64,000 bases of DNA from a virus, in the IMG/VR virus record IMGVR_UViG_3300027714_000005. The stretch is one strand, 5' to 3'. The first letter of the stretch is position 1, and every line of letters starts with the position of its first letter. This document shows, piece by piece, positions 55,049 through 64,000 of the stretch. A program made the translations under genes and the position numbers. The notes beneath the pieces were generated by a model. That model had not been told where the DNA came from and ran no database searches. It saw nothing but the letters and a program-made list of their open reading frames with translations.

Positions 55049-56640
55049 CCAAATGCCACTCGATCTAGGTCATCTGTAGCCGGAGACGCATCACCATACA
55101 CTGCACTACTCTGAGAGTTGTTAGTAGTGGTTGGTGCACTTATGTTCTGTACTGCAAGATTACCACCACCTGATGCCGACATATTTTCAACGTCATTTCT
55201 ACCAGTGGATAATGCTTCCAACTTACGACCACTCCTACCTGATCTTTCCATTGGTATAGTTGGGATGGTTGAAAGTTGAGACTCTTTCTCCTCGGTGTTA
55301 ATTTTGCTGACTTTTACAGTTAACTCTGGAATCTCACTTTGACTAACTTTCTGTGCAACAGGTAACTCTGGAATCTCACTGGTGCCGACTTCACCTTTAC
55401 TCAGTCTTTCTGCCTTTACCTTCTCTTGCTTCTCATACACAGATGCCTTGAACTTCTCTGCTCCATTAGTATCCATCAATTCTGCGTTTTCAAGGTTCTT
55501 GACAAAATCTGGTACTTTAATACCCAATTTCTCTAATAGTCCACCACCTAAACCTGCCAACTTCTGTGCTATTTTAATAAAGAAGTTGCCAACAACAGCA
55601 AGTCCATCTTTCATATGTTCGACACCTAACAACATAACATCGAACACACTATCAAAACCTAGTGCATTTTTGACTTTGTTTAGTAATAATGCGATACCCG
55701 CAATTGCGAGACCGACTCCAATAATAATAGGGAGGAAAGGTGCAAGTGCAAACGACATAGAGGCAACGGCAGTCATCAATGCGGGAACCAATGTGCCCAT
55801 TGTAAACACAGTTATTGCTAAGTATCCGGCTCGCAGGAACTTAACTGCCGTACCAAGTTTCGATAATACACCAGTCACCATACTCATCAAACCTTTACCA
55901 GTAGCAATCATTCCTAACTGTAGTGCAAGGAGACCTGCACGTACTATTTTAACCGCATTAATGATTTTGATGAAGACAAAACCGGCAAGGAAGGCACCAC
56001 TGAGTAGTACAAAACCGTTCATTATCTCTTTAAAGTTATTACTGATGAATGGAAACACGGTCTCTTTGAAGAAAGTAAAAATGCCTTCAGTAGCAGGAAG
56101 TATCTTCTCTTTGACAAATTTCTTGATACTATCAAAGTTCTTTATCATTACACTGAATACTTTAACACCAACAATACCAAGAGCAAGTTTAGCAAGTTTC
56201 ATGAGAAAAGAAGGGGTCTTGATTGGGCCACCAATCTCTTTCTTTCCATCAGCAAATTTTTCACCAACAGACTTATTTGCCTCTGCCTCTTTAGCGACTT
56301 CCTTTGCGTCCATTTTGTCTTGTTTTGATTGCAGTCTATCAGCAACTCTTGCTGCATTGGTATCATCTAGTGTAGCTATTTGAACCATTGTCTGTGATTT
56401 AATCAGGTCACCAAAAGCAGCCACCTGTAATTCTTGAGCAGCACGTTCATCACCCTCTGCCTTTGCTAATGACACAAGTTCAAGATTTGTTTGATGTGAT
56501 TCGGCAGCATTCTTTGCCAGTTCAGCATTCTTAGCAGTTAATAGTCGTAACGCAGCTAGACTCTCGGTATCAATCCTAATACCTTCTTCCAGTAGCGCTT
56601 CTTCTCTTTCTGCTTTTACTTGGTCTTCTCTTTTTGCCAT
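55045..56640 (-). CDS. tail tape-measure / gp29-like protein
   Basis: Helical, Ala-rich N-terminus, long amphipathic/TM middle, N/S/T-rich tail; downstream of gp26/gp51. Confidence 0.6.
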   Translation of the reverse strand: MAKREDQVKAEREEALLEEGIRIDTESLAALRLLTAKNAELAKNAAESHQTNLELVSLAKAEGDERAAQELQVAAFGDLIKSQTMVQIATLDDTNAARVADRLQSKQDKMDAKEVAKEAEANKSVGEKFADGKKEIGGPIKTPSFLMKLAKLALGIVGVKVFSVMIKNFDSIKKFVKEKILPATEGIFTFFKETVFPFISNNFKEIMNGFVLLSGAFLAGFVFIKIINAVKIVRAGLLALQLGMIATGKGLMSMVTGVLSKLGTAVKFLRAGYLAITVFTMGTLVPALMTAVASMSFALAPFLPIIIGVGLAIAGIALLLNKVKNALGFDSVFDVMLLGVEHMKDGLAVVGNFFIKIAQKLAGLGGGLLEKLGIKVPDFVKNLENAELMDTNGAEKFKASVYEKQEKVKAERLSKGEVGTSEIPELPVAQKVSQSEIPELTVKVSKINTEEKESQLSTIPTIPMERSGRSGRKLEALSTGRNDVENMSASGGGNLAVQNISAPTTTNNSQSSAVYGDASPATDDLDRVAFG

Positions 56641-56652
56641 GTCTGTCCCATT

Positions 56653-56787
56653 TTACTTACGTTGTTGTTCTTCGTGTCTTTGTTTCTCCTCCTCTAACCA
56701 TTGTTCTAGGAGGGTTACATAAATCTGCCTCTCCCACGGCATCATGTTGTCAAGTTCAGTTAACGAATAACTGTAGTTGTGCATCAT
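56653..56787 (-). CDS. gp51-like baseplate hub assembly ORF (not in ORF track); frame stays open upstream to the T8 run
   Basis: MMHNYSYSLTELDNMMPWERQIYVTLL...; YSLTEL.NM.PWER.IY motif. Confidence 0.8.
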   Translation of the reverse strand: MMHNYSYSLTELDNMMPWERQIYVTLLEQWLEEEKQRHEEQQRK

Positions 56788-56834
56788 AAAGAAGTTAGTC
56801 TTATAGTGATTTACAAGACTATCGTGCGAGAGGT

Positions 56835-57551
56835 TTAGGAAAAAAAATCTTGTAGTCCTTTCAGTTCGTGTTCATTCTCTTTATCACATTTTCCACAAGT
56901 CCACTTGACATCCAATGCTAAAGATGGAATGTGACTCAAGAACTCTCCGAGTTTATCAAACTGTTGTCTGGTCATCGAGTCAATAAAATCTTTTACTTCT
57001 TTTACTGGTAAATCTTTGATGATAACTCGTTCATCTGGGGTCAACACTGCTTCAATGGACTTTGCCAACATAGTGAAACCAAATTCTACGGACTCATCAT
57101 CACCTTGTTTATAGTTATTAACCACTTCACCATATGCAGGGTATTTCATCTCAACCGAAATGTCTTCTGAGAGTTCAATGAGTGATTGGTTATCGGTCAT
57201 CTCGACCTTTGCATTCATGACATTAATAGTAACTTCAGTCTTGTGGCCACACTCCTCGTCATTACACGAGATGGAAATGTCTGAAGTCTCACCTACGGAT
57301 CGTCCACGAATCTGTGTGAACATATACTCAACATCAAATGTTGTCAGTGATTTAACATTTGTGTTACTTTCAACACAAGCATCAATGGTCTTCGCCATCA
57401 CTTCCATCATCTGTTGTTGATCACCAGTCTCGTTGGCAATCATCATTTGTTTTTCTTCTTTGACCAAATAGGGTCGGTATGTTACTTCTTCCCCAGTTGA
57501 TGGTACTGTCAGTCTATAGGTGTTGGTTACGTTTAACTTAGGTAATGCCAT
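56835..57551 (-). CDS. gp26: baseplate hub assembly protein gp26
   Basis: MALPKL, YRPYLVKEEK, FD.EY.F..IR.RSVGE, two Cys pairs, GLQDFF. Confidence 0.85.
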   Translation of the reverse strand: MALPKLNVTNTYRLTVPSTGEEVTYRPYLVKEEKQMMIANETGDQQQMMEVMAKTIDACVESNTNVKSLTTFDVEYMFTQIRGRSVGETSDISISCNDEECGHKTEVTINVMNAKVEMTDNQSLIELSEDISVEMKYPAYGEVVNNYKQGDDESVEFGFTMLAKSIEAVLTPDERVIIKDLPVKEVKDFIDSMTRQQFDKLGEFLSHIPSLALDVKWTCGKCDKENEHELKGLQDFFS

Positions 57552-57575
57552 TATATTCTCTCTAATAATAATATG

Positions 57576-58277
57576 TTATAAAAACTTTCTAATCAGTTCG
57601 CCTGCGAGACCTTCAATAAATCCAGTATCTTTTGCGTCACCGCCTTTGGACTTCCAGTTCTTGTATGATAGTTGTACCGTCACTTCAAGTAACTGTCCGT
57701 CATCACTCAGATCAATTGCAACTAATGAAGTTGGGTATGCTTTATCTAGGACTATTGTATATGTGATATCGTCACCGAATATCAAATTTAAATCTAACTC
57801 ACCTTGTGCAAGGTCAATCGGCCCTAGTCTGGGTAATCTTGAACGTAACGATGAAGGAATCTTACCAGCATCGTATAGTTGTGTTTTCTTAATGGGGAAA
57901 GATGTACCCCTCTTAATGTGTTGAATGATTACTGGATGGGTGTACTCGTTAAAGTATCCCACTTCGTGAGTCTCTTGGTTGACCGCAAGGTTTTGCCAAA
58001 TCTCAAAGTATCTCCGTATCTTCATATCATTAAGACAATGGAATGTCAGGGTAACGTCTTCGATTGCGTGACCGTATGCTGTCTTACTTGTTTCTAAACC
58101 AATAGTTCGTTCGGTAGATAGTATTTGTCGGCCGGGCAGTGATGTTGCCTTACACAACAGGTTCATCTCTCGTGCGTCACCTGTTAACGGTGGTAGGAAA
58201 ATCTTAAACAGATTCCCCATTGCCATGCCACCACCTTTACCAATCTGTGACTTGAATTCATCGATACGTGCTACCAT
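57576..58277 (-). CDS. tail tube family protein (gp19/gp54-like)
   Basis: LC...SLPGR, VTLTF, YF..WQ, AYP.S, V.LSY..W. Confidence 0.75.
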   Translation of the reverse strand: MVARIDEFKSQIGKGGGMAMGNLFKIFLPPLTGDAREMNLLCKATSLPGRQILSTERTIGLETSKTAYGHAIEDVTLTFHCLNDMKIRRYFEIWQNLAVNQETHEVGYFNEYTHPVIIQHIKRGTSFPIKKTQLYDAGKIPSSLRSRLPRLGPIDLAQGELDLNLIFGDDITYTIVLDKAYPTSLVAIDLSDDGQLLEVTVQLSYKNWKSKGGDAKDTGFIEGLAGELIRKFL

Positions 58278-58870
58278 TAACCTTTACCTATCTTTTGTCT
58301 TGAATCGTAGAACACCTTCTGAGAGTTTGCCTTACGGAACTGTGCGGTTGGTAAGAATGTTGCAATCTCCCACTCAGGTTGTGGTACTTCCGCAAACTTA
58401 CTCTTGACGTGTGCATTCAAGTAATGTTTGAAACATGGTTCGTAGTATCGCAACTTCGCAATACTCTGTAATTTCTTATAGTTGATAGCAAACTTTGCAT
58501 CTTCGTTTTTATTACTAGCAGAAGTCTCCATCAACGCATCCAACATCTTTGCACGAAGGATAGGTGGAAGGTAGTGAAGGTTCAATCCATAAAACCCACC
58601 CTTTGCAGGGCCAACAACAATAACCAAGGGAAACAAATCGTAATACGGAAGTGTGTCCTTAGTCTTGGGGTCATAGAAGAACATCTGCATTGTTCCCACA
58701 ACACCACTCTTTGTACGACTCTTTAGTTGTTCCTCTTTCATCAATGCTTCACGATTGATGGAACGCATATTAGATGCTTTCTTTTGGAACCACTCACGAC
58801 TTTCCTTAGTACGGGGAGTTACTCCCGCACGGAATGCTTGTAGTTCTAGTCTGTTGAATATATTACTCAT
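58277..58870 (-). CDS. gp2: DNA end protector protein gp2
   Basis: YDPKTK.TLPYYD.FPL, GLNLHYL, C.KHYL..HV.S, LPT..F. Confidence 0.9.
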   Translation of the reverse strand: MSNIFNRLELQAFRAGVTPRTKESREWFQKKASNMRSINREALMKEEQLKSRTKSGVVGTMQMFFYDPKTKDTLPYYDLFPLVIVVGPAKGGFYGLNLHYLPPILRAKMLDALMETSASNKNEDAKFAINYKKLQSIAKLRYYEPCFKHYLNAHVKSKFAEVPQPEWEIATFLPTAQFRKANSQKVFYDSRQKIGKG

Positions 58871-58875
58871 AGTTC

Positions 58876-58883
58876 TATTTATA
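58876..58883 (-). promoter_or_regulatory. T4-type late promoter
   Basis: TATAAATA on minus strand just upstream of gp2. Confidence 0.7.
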
Positions 58884-58884
58884 C

Positions 58885-59394
58885 TTATTTTTTACGTTTC
58901 TTACGAAAAGGTTTTAAAGTTTTACCTAAAGGTTTCAACGGTTTGGTTGACTTAGGAATGATACTCTTCAGAGGTTCGTTCTTCTCCGTCCATATAACAA
59001 ACTTCCATCCACGTTCCTCTGCGTACTCCCTTGCGGCATCCCACTTATTTATATTCTTAACATAGGTAAAACTTTCGGTTAGATATCGTCTGGTGTTCTT
59101 ACTACCAGTCGGTATCCTAGTCTCCTTGTCTGGTTTGATCTCTACCAAGAAAGTCCTACCACTGGCCATCACCAACTTCATGTCCATAAAATATCTATGA
59201 TAACGCTTGTCAACCTCATATAAGTATGGTATAATGACTTCTTCGGATGACCACTTTACTACGTCAGGGTTACCATCTGCCCACTTGAATGCGTGTTTCT
59301 CCCACCCAGACCTATAGGTGACCTTTGTATGATCTCCCTCGTACTTCGATGGATTCTTTACGGTGTATATACCAGAATGTGTTTTAAATGCCAT
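58885..59394 (-). CDS. gp4: head completion nuclease gp4
   Basis: NPSKY.GD, YRS.WE, WSSEE..IPY, HRYF.D, EIKP, N..KW.AA, TE. Confidence 0.92.
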   Translation of the reverse strand: MAFKTHSGIYTVKNPSKYEGDHTKVTYRSGWEKHAFKWADGNPDVVKWSSEEVIIPYLYEVDKRYHRYFMDMKLVMASGRTFLVEIKPDKETRIPTGSKNTRRYLTESFTYVKNINKWDAAREYAEERGWKFVIWTEKNEPLKSIIPKSTKPLKPLGKTLKPFRKKRKK

Positions 59395-59402
59395 AAAAAC
59401 CT

Positions 59403-59438
59403 TATAAATAAAGATAAATGATTTACAACCTATTTATA
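59403..59438. promoter_or_regulatory. pair of opposed late promoters
   Basis: TATAAATA (+) 59403-59410 and (-) 59431-59438 between gp4 and gp48. Confidence 0.8.
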
Positions 59439-59449
59439 GAGAAAATAAA

Positions 59450-60541
59450 ATGCCTGATAACATATACGATGCCAAAGTCGGAGACAAGTTAACTCCAGCA
59501 CAAATAATCCAAGCAACGAAAGGTGAGACTCAGGGCACTGCAACAGAACCCGAAGGTGTGATAGCGAACAAGAACAAAAAGAACTTGGAATATCCGTTAA
59601 ACAATCCAGATGATTATAAAGGTAGAATCGTCTTTAATGTCATGAAAGACGCAGAGACTGACCTAGGTAATGTCGTGGGTGCTCTTACAGGTTTTATTAA
59701 AAAGACTTTAAACCCTGATGATGAAGCTCCAGATGGTAGTGCTATTGAAGAGACAACTGGTGCAAATCCTGAAGACATGGTAAAGGGTGTTTCGGCTCAT
59801 AAAGGTACTGAGACCACTACGCAAACTATTATAGCACCCAAACCACTCACCCCACTTGACAGACAGGTATCACTGTACCTTCCTGTAGGTTTGCAGTACC
59901 GTGACAATGTCGCATACGAAAATATGGACATCGGTGGTATGGGTGCTGGTGTTGAGTCGGGATTGAAAACTGGTTCTGGTGCTATAAATGCTTTAATTGA
60001 CGGTGGACTGAAAACTCTTACTGCGGGACTTTCCGGTTCTGCTAATAAGAATGTCGCAAAGATTGCTACTGTCAAACTTGCGTCCGCATTACCAGATGAA
60101 ATTGCGGGTGCATTTAAGTCTGCGGCCGGTGTGACATCAAATCCTAACACACGTGTATTGTTCAAGTCGGTTTCATTACGAGAGTTTGCATTTGCGTTTA
60201 AGTTCATTGCGACTTCTCCGAAGGAAGCAACGGAGATCAAGGAAATCATCAAACTCTTCCGAACAGAACTGTACCCCGAAAACATTAACCTACCCGTTGC
60301 GGGTAGTAATATATCTATTGGTTATCGTTTCCCTAATAAGTTTCAAATCGAAATTGAATATAATGGAGAAGAGATTGCGACTAAAATCAAACCATGTTAC
60401 CTCCGTGACGTTGGTGTGACTTATAACAACACTGCGATGGCAATGCATAGTGACGGTAACTTCTCTGAGGTAGAGATGACTCTATCATTCCAAGAGACAA
60501 GAACACTCAACAGGAAAGACGTTGAAGAGGACGGATTCTAA
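59450..60541 (+). CDS. gp48: baseplate tail tube cap gp48
   Basis: LYLP, NPN..VLF....LREF.F.FKF...S..E...I..II..FR, FP..F.I, L.FQE. Confidence 0.85.
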   Translation: MPDNIYDAKVGDKLTPAQIIQATKGETQGTATEPEGVIANKNKKNLEYPLNNPDDYKGRIVFNVMKDAETDLGNVVGALTGFIKKTLNPDDEAPDGSAIEETTGANPEDMVKGVSAHKGTETTTQTIIAPKPLTPLDRQVSLYLPVGLQYRDNVAYENMDIGGMGAGVESGLKTGSGAINALIDGGLKTLTAGLSGSANKNVAKIATVKLASALPDEIAGAFKSAAGVTSNPNTRVLFKSVSLREFAFAFKFIATSPKEATEIKEIIKLFRTELYPENINLPVAGSNISIGYRFPNKFQIEIEYNGEEIATKIKPCYLRDVGVTYNNTAMAMHSDGNFSEVEMTLSFQETRTLNRKDVEEDGF

Positions 60542-61284
60542 TGACAACTAAATACTTCTCTAATTTTAATATCATCTCTTACAGATTTGGTGACAACGAG
60601 AAACCAGTACTGTTTGACAATCTTAGTCAATATGTTGATGTCATAGATGGACTCAAGGATAACCTTAGTTTCTATAACCAACACACAATTATTTCTGGTG
60701 AACGTGCTGATACTTTATCCTATAAGTTGTATGGGACTACGGATTACTACTGGACGTTCTTTTTGATGAACGACCATTTGCGTGTATCGGGTTGGCCTAT
60801 AGATGTTCACACCATTCTGGATATTGCGAAAGAAAAGTATCCACACCGAACTGTTACCACAAATGATGTTGTCGCTGCAAACTTTCCGGTAGGAACGGTG
60901 GTAACCGGACTGAGTAGTGCTACGGTAGGAACTATTGTCAAACGAGACCTATGTATGGGTCAATTGGTTATCGATACAGTAGATGACAACAACTTTGATA
61001 AGAACGAGTCTATCGCATACACTAGTGAGGAAGGTGTGTTCTATGTTGCACAGTTGATACGAGAATCCACACAGTATGATGCAGTTCATAACTATGAGTT
61101 GAATGGGGTACATCAGGACTTACCACTCTACGACTTTGGTAATCCTGGCGCAACGTGGACTCCTATCACTTATAGAGATCGTATGGAACGTAGAAATGAT
61201 GAGTTGAAAACTATTAATGTATTGAAACCATCCGTCATAGATAGGGTAGTGAGTGAATTTAATAACTTCCACAAGGAAAGTTAA
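60541..61284 (+). CDS. gp53: baseplate wedge subunit gp53
   Basis: YF.NF..I.Y, GERAD.LS.KLYG..DYYW.F.L.N, WP, N...K.I.VLKP. Confidence 0.85.
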   Translation: MTTKYFSNFNIISYRFGDNEKPVLFDNLSQYVDVIDGLKDNLSFYNQHTIISGERADTLSYKLYGTTDYYWTFFLMNDHLRVSGWPIDVHTILDIAKEKYPHRTVTTNDVVAANFPVGTVVTGLSSATVGTIVKRDLCMGQLVIDTVDDNNFDKNESIAYTSEEGVFYVAQLIRESTQYDAVHNYELNGVHQDLPLYDFGNPGATWTPITYRDRMERRNDELKTINVLKPSVIDRVVSEFNNFHKES

Positions 61285-62648
61285 TGAGTAGCAAAACGAC
61301 ACAGTCGCAACAATTTAAGATTATTAAGGCAGAGATATCAGCTGATCGTCTTGGTGGTGTTGACACTAATACGTTTGATGTCCGTACATCTATTGCGGAA
61401 CTGAACATCTTCGAGAGTCTGGACAAACCTTATCTTACTGGTACGGTTGTTATTCTGGATGACAAGGCATTGTTCGATAAAATTAACTTCCAAGGTACGG
61501 AACGACTGTCTGTAGAGATGGCCTCGGTTGACAATAACTTGAACATAGTATTCAAACGTACCTTCATTATGACAGGTATTGAACAACAAGTCAAGTCAAA
61601 TGATAACGGAAAGTCTTCGATTGTGGTTTTCACGTTACTTGACGAACACGCATTTCTTTCATCATTAAAAAAGATTAGTAAGTCATTCAACGGACGTATC
61701 GATGATGTTCTAATCAAACTACTCGCCACCGAGTTGAAACTGAATATTGATCTATCATACCTGTTCTTACCTAATGGACTGAAGGCACTTCCATTACAGA
61801 CGAACATGAGGGGCATCATCCCAAATATGTCACCTATAGATGCGATCAAGTGGTTGACTAGTAGAGCAACGACAGTGACGGGATCACCATTCTTTACCTA
61901 TGCAACGATGCATGATGATAATCTACGTCTAGGTAATCTAGACTCCATGTTATCACAAAAAGCGTTTAACTCAAGGATACCCTATACATTCAACCCAGCA
62001 AACGTTTCTAATGCGGAGACACAGACTGAGTTTGAAAAGACATTTACTATTAAGGCAATGAAGACATCCAAGTCTGCAAACACTCTCAGTCTTGTACAAC
62101 GTGGTGCGGTGGGTGCTCTATTACAAAACACCAATCTTAACACGGGTATTATAACCAAGGGTCATCACAGTATAAGAAACGTCCTAGATAGACTAGAGAA
62201 TACAAATATCATTGGCAATAACCAGAATGTGTTTGACCCCAGCTTTAAAGTGGATAACAAGTTAGTAGACGAATATGACGCACAAGTCTACACAACAGTC
62301 ACTTCTACGGGTACTTACGGTAGACATAAAAGTTATCATGATGAGTATGATGGAACTAAGTTTAAAAAGAAATTAGAGAACCGAGCACTACTCAACCATA
62401 TGTACAAGAATATGTTTAATGTTGTGGTAGAAGGTGCGGGTTTTATTATCGCAAAGGCTAGTGTTGGTGACATCGTTAATTTAAAGGTTGTGAACGACAA
62501 CGTAGAAAGTTCTAGTGTTGCGACCGAGGACGATCTTATCGACAAATCGAAGTCTGGTGATTTTATAATCTATGATACAAGACATACGTTTCAAGGTACA
62601 CAACACACCGTGTCAATGAACCTGTGTAAACTGGAGAAACTTCCGTAA
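61284..62648 (+). CDS. baseplate hub protein (gp27-like)
   Basis: IFES...P.LTG, G.E.L, IPN.SP..AI.WL, SG..II...RH; between gp53 and gp5. Confidence 0.7.
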   Translation: MSSKTTQSQQFKIIKAEISADRLGGVDTNTFDVRTSIAELNIFESLDKPYLTGTVVILDDKALFDKINFQGTERLSVEMASVDNNLNIVFKRTFIMTGIEQQVKSNDNGKSSIVVFTLLDEHAFLSSLKKISKSFNGRIDDVLIKLLATELKLNIDLSYLFLPNGLKALPLQTNMRGIIPNMSPIDAIKWLTSRATTVTGSPFFTYATMHDDNLRLGNLDSMLSQKAFNSRIPYTFNPANVSNAETQTEFEKTFTIKAMKTSKSANTLSLVQRGAVGALLQNTNLNTGIITKGHHSIRNVLDRLENTNIIGNNQNVFDPSFKVDNKLVDEYDAQVYTTVTSTGTYGRHKSYHDEYDGTKFKKKLENRALLNHMYKNMFNVVVEGAGFIIAKASVGDIVNLKVVNDNVESSSVATEDDLIDKSKSGDFIIYDTRHTFQGTQHTVSMNLCKLEKLP

Positions 62649-63511
62649 TGAAACCGATTCTATCAGAGTTCTATGGTGACAACACACGATGGTTCATTGC
62701 AACTGTTGTTGATGCCTCACCCCCATATGGTTACGAAGGACGTGTGAAGATTCGTGTACACGGAATACATACGGAGTCTACCAGACTAATTCCCCAGAGT
62801 GACTTACCTTGGGCCCAATGTGTTATCCCAACCACAGAAGGTGGTGCTTCTGGTATAGGACGGATGCCACAGTTGCAATCAAGTGCTTTAGTGTTTGGTA
62901 TGTTTATGGACGGAGTTAATTCACAGACACCTATTATATTGGGTTCTCTTCCTCATATAGAAAATCCTTCTATAGTCCAACAAGGACAGAAGTTCGAAGA
63001 TACCGGAACAGATAACAAACCAGAGACCATCTTCGAGAAACTCGGTGCAGCATTAAAACCAAAAACGACTGACATCCAAAATGAAGCGGCCGGTAACATC
63101 AACAACCTAGTTAAACTTGCACGAGAAAACACATCGGTGACTTTCTTCTTGAACCTAGGGTACTCTGTGAAACAGGCTATAGGTATAACTGCGGGACTTA
63201 CCCACGCATCTGGTATGCGAACCGGAATCAATCCCCAGTCTAGTGGTATTGGTAATTTCCGTAATGGTCGATATCAAGACTTACTGAGATTCTCTAGTAA
63301 GAACAATGAGTTTCTTACACAGTTGACCTTTGTTGCATATGAATTAAACGGGTCACAGTCTGCCACCAACATAAGATTATTGCAATTAGACAGACTCGAT
63401 AACAACGGTATCTGTCAAGTATTCAGTAGATATTATTTGGAGAAACCTGATAACGCAACAAGCAAACAAATAGAATTGGCCGCACGAAGACTGATCGATA
63501 GGATAACATAA
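62648..63511 (+). CDS. gp5: gp5 N-terminal OB-fold with tail-lysozyme-like C-terminal domain
   Basis: WF...V, GRVKIRV.G.H, LPWA, V.G.F.DG..Q.P.ILG. Confidence 0.8.
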   Translation: MKPILSEFYGDNTRWFIATVVDASPPYGYEGRVKIRVHGIHTESTRLIPQSDLPWAQCVIPTTEGGASGIGRMPQLQSSALVFGMFMDGVNSQTPIILGSLPHIENPSIVQQGQKFEDTGTDNKPETIFEKLGAALKPKTTDIQNEAAGNINNLVKLARENTSVTFFLNLGYSVKQAIGITAGLTHASGMRTGINPQSSGIGNFRNGRYQDLLRFSSKNNEFLTQLTFVAYELNGSQSATNIRLLQLDRLDNNGICQVFSRYYLEKPDNATSKQIELAARRLIDRIT

Positions 63512-64000
63512 TGGCATTAAATAAAACAGACCTAAATCTCGTTCTGAATGCAGAAGGTAGAAAGAAAGAAGTTGGTAATGCTAGGTTTCAAGACCAGTCT
63601 ATAAGTGCTATCGAGGAAACATTTGTCAAAACGACAACAACCCTTGGACAAGAAGACGGTAAGATTCTCGGTGGTATCAAGTCATTAGGACAGTCTACCA
63701 ATTCTTCGGAAGAGGTTATTACTAGTGCTGTTGGTCTGATAACCGATACTCTCCCCGCATTGTCTGGTGCGAAAGGAAATGTGTTAACAGTCACCAATGC
63801 CACGGTACTAGACTCTGATGGAAAGTTCTTACGATACAAGTTACCAAGTGATTCTGATGGTAGTCTTGTACTTAATGCATTATCGATAGACTCTGCCGGT
63901 GGTGTTGTTTCGGTAGTAAGAAGTCTTCTTGGTCGTGACTCAGATGACAATGCTCGTTCTTTTGGTTCTACAACCACGAGTGTTACTGCACTGACAGGTC
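63511..64000 (+). CDS. baseplate/tail-associated protein, 3'-truncated
   Basis: TAATG-coupled ORF MALNKTDLNLVL..., open to the window end. Confidence 0.65.
   Translation, partial: MALNKTDLNLVLNAEGRKKEVGNARFQDQSISAIEETFVKTTTTLGQEDGKILGGIKSLGQSTNSSEEVITSAVGLITDTLPALSGAKGNVLTVTNATVLDSDGKFLRYKLPSDSDGSLVLNALSIDSAGGVVSVVRSLLGRDSDDNARSFGSTTTSVTALTG

Noticed and set aside
55382-56383. 333-aa plus-strand ORF
   Set aside because: Antisense shadow of the tape-measure candidate, which fits the minus-strand operon.
1-64000. Stop-codon reassignment
   Set aside because: Core genes are full length in the standard code, and TAA, TAG and TGA all end genes.

Overview
A 64-kb segment of a T4-like (myovirus) phage genome, probably aquatic, using the standard genetic code. 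The host is unknown, but it must use sigma70-type promoters. From left to right: (1) the 3' part of a membrane CHASE2-type adenylate cyclase and an early region of small genes behind near-identical sigma70 promoter cassettes; (2) a late-promoter (TATAAATA) block at about 8.2-19.6 kb whose proteins mostly begin with T4 internal-protein-like capsid-targeting peptides, including a restriction-endonuclease-fold protein, a KxDG ligase-fold protein (DUF6267-like) and a HIGH nucleotidyltransferase polyprotein; (3) nrdA with a fused glutaredoxin, and nrdB; (4) an adenylation-enzyme pair, a second early island, phoH and an M15 endolysin; (5) a ~17-kb glycan-modification island containing a porin-tctA-tctC transporter; (6) tRNA-Asn and a third early island; (7) gp33 and gp32; (8) the tail/baseplate block (tape-measure candidate, gp26, tail-tube family, gp2, gp4, gp48, gp53, hub, gp5). 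The two best candidates for undescribed biology are a head-packaged, protease-processed nucleic-acid cutting/sealing toolkit, and a lambda G/GT-style -1 frameshift joining gp26 to a gp51-like ORF just upstream of the tape-measure candidate. All family assignments come from motif recognition by eye; no searches were run.
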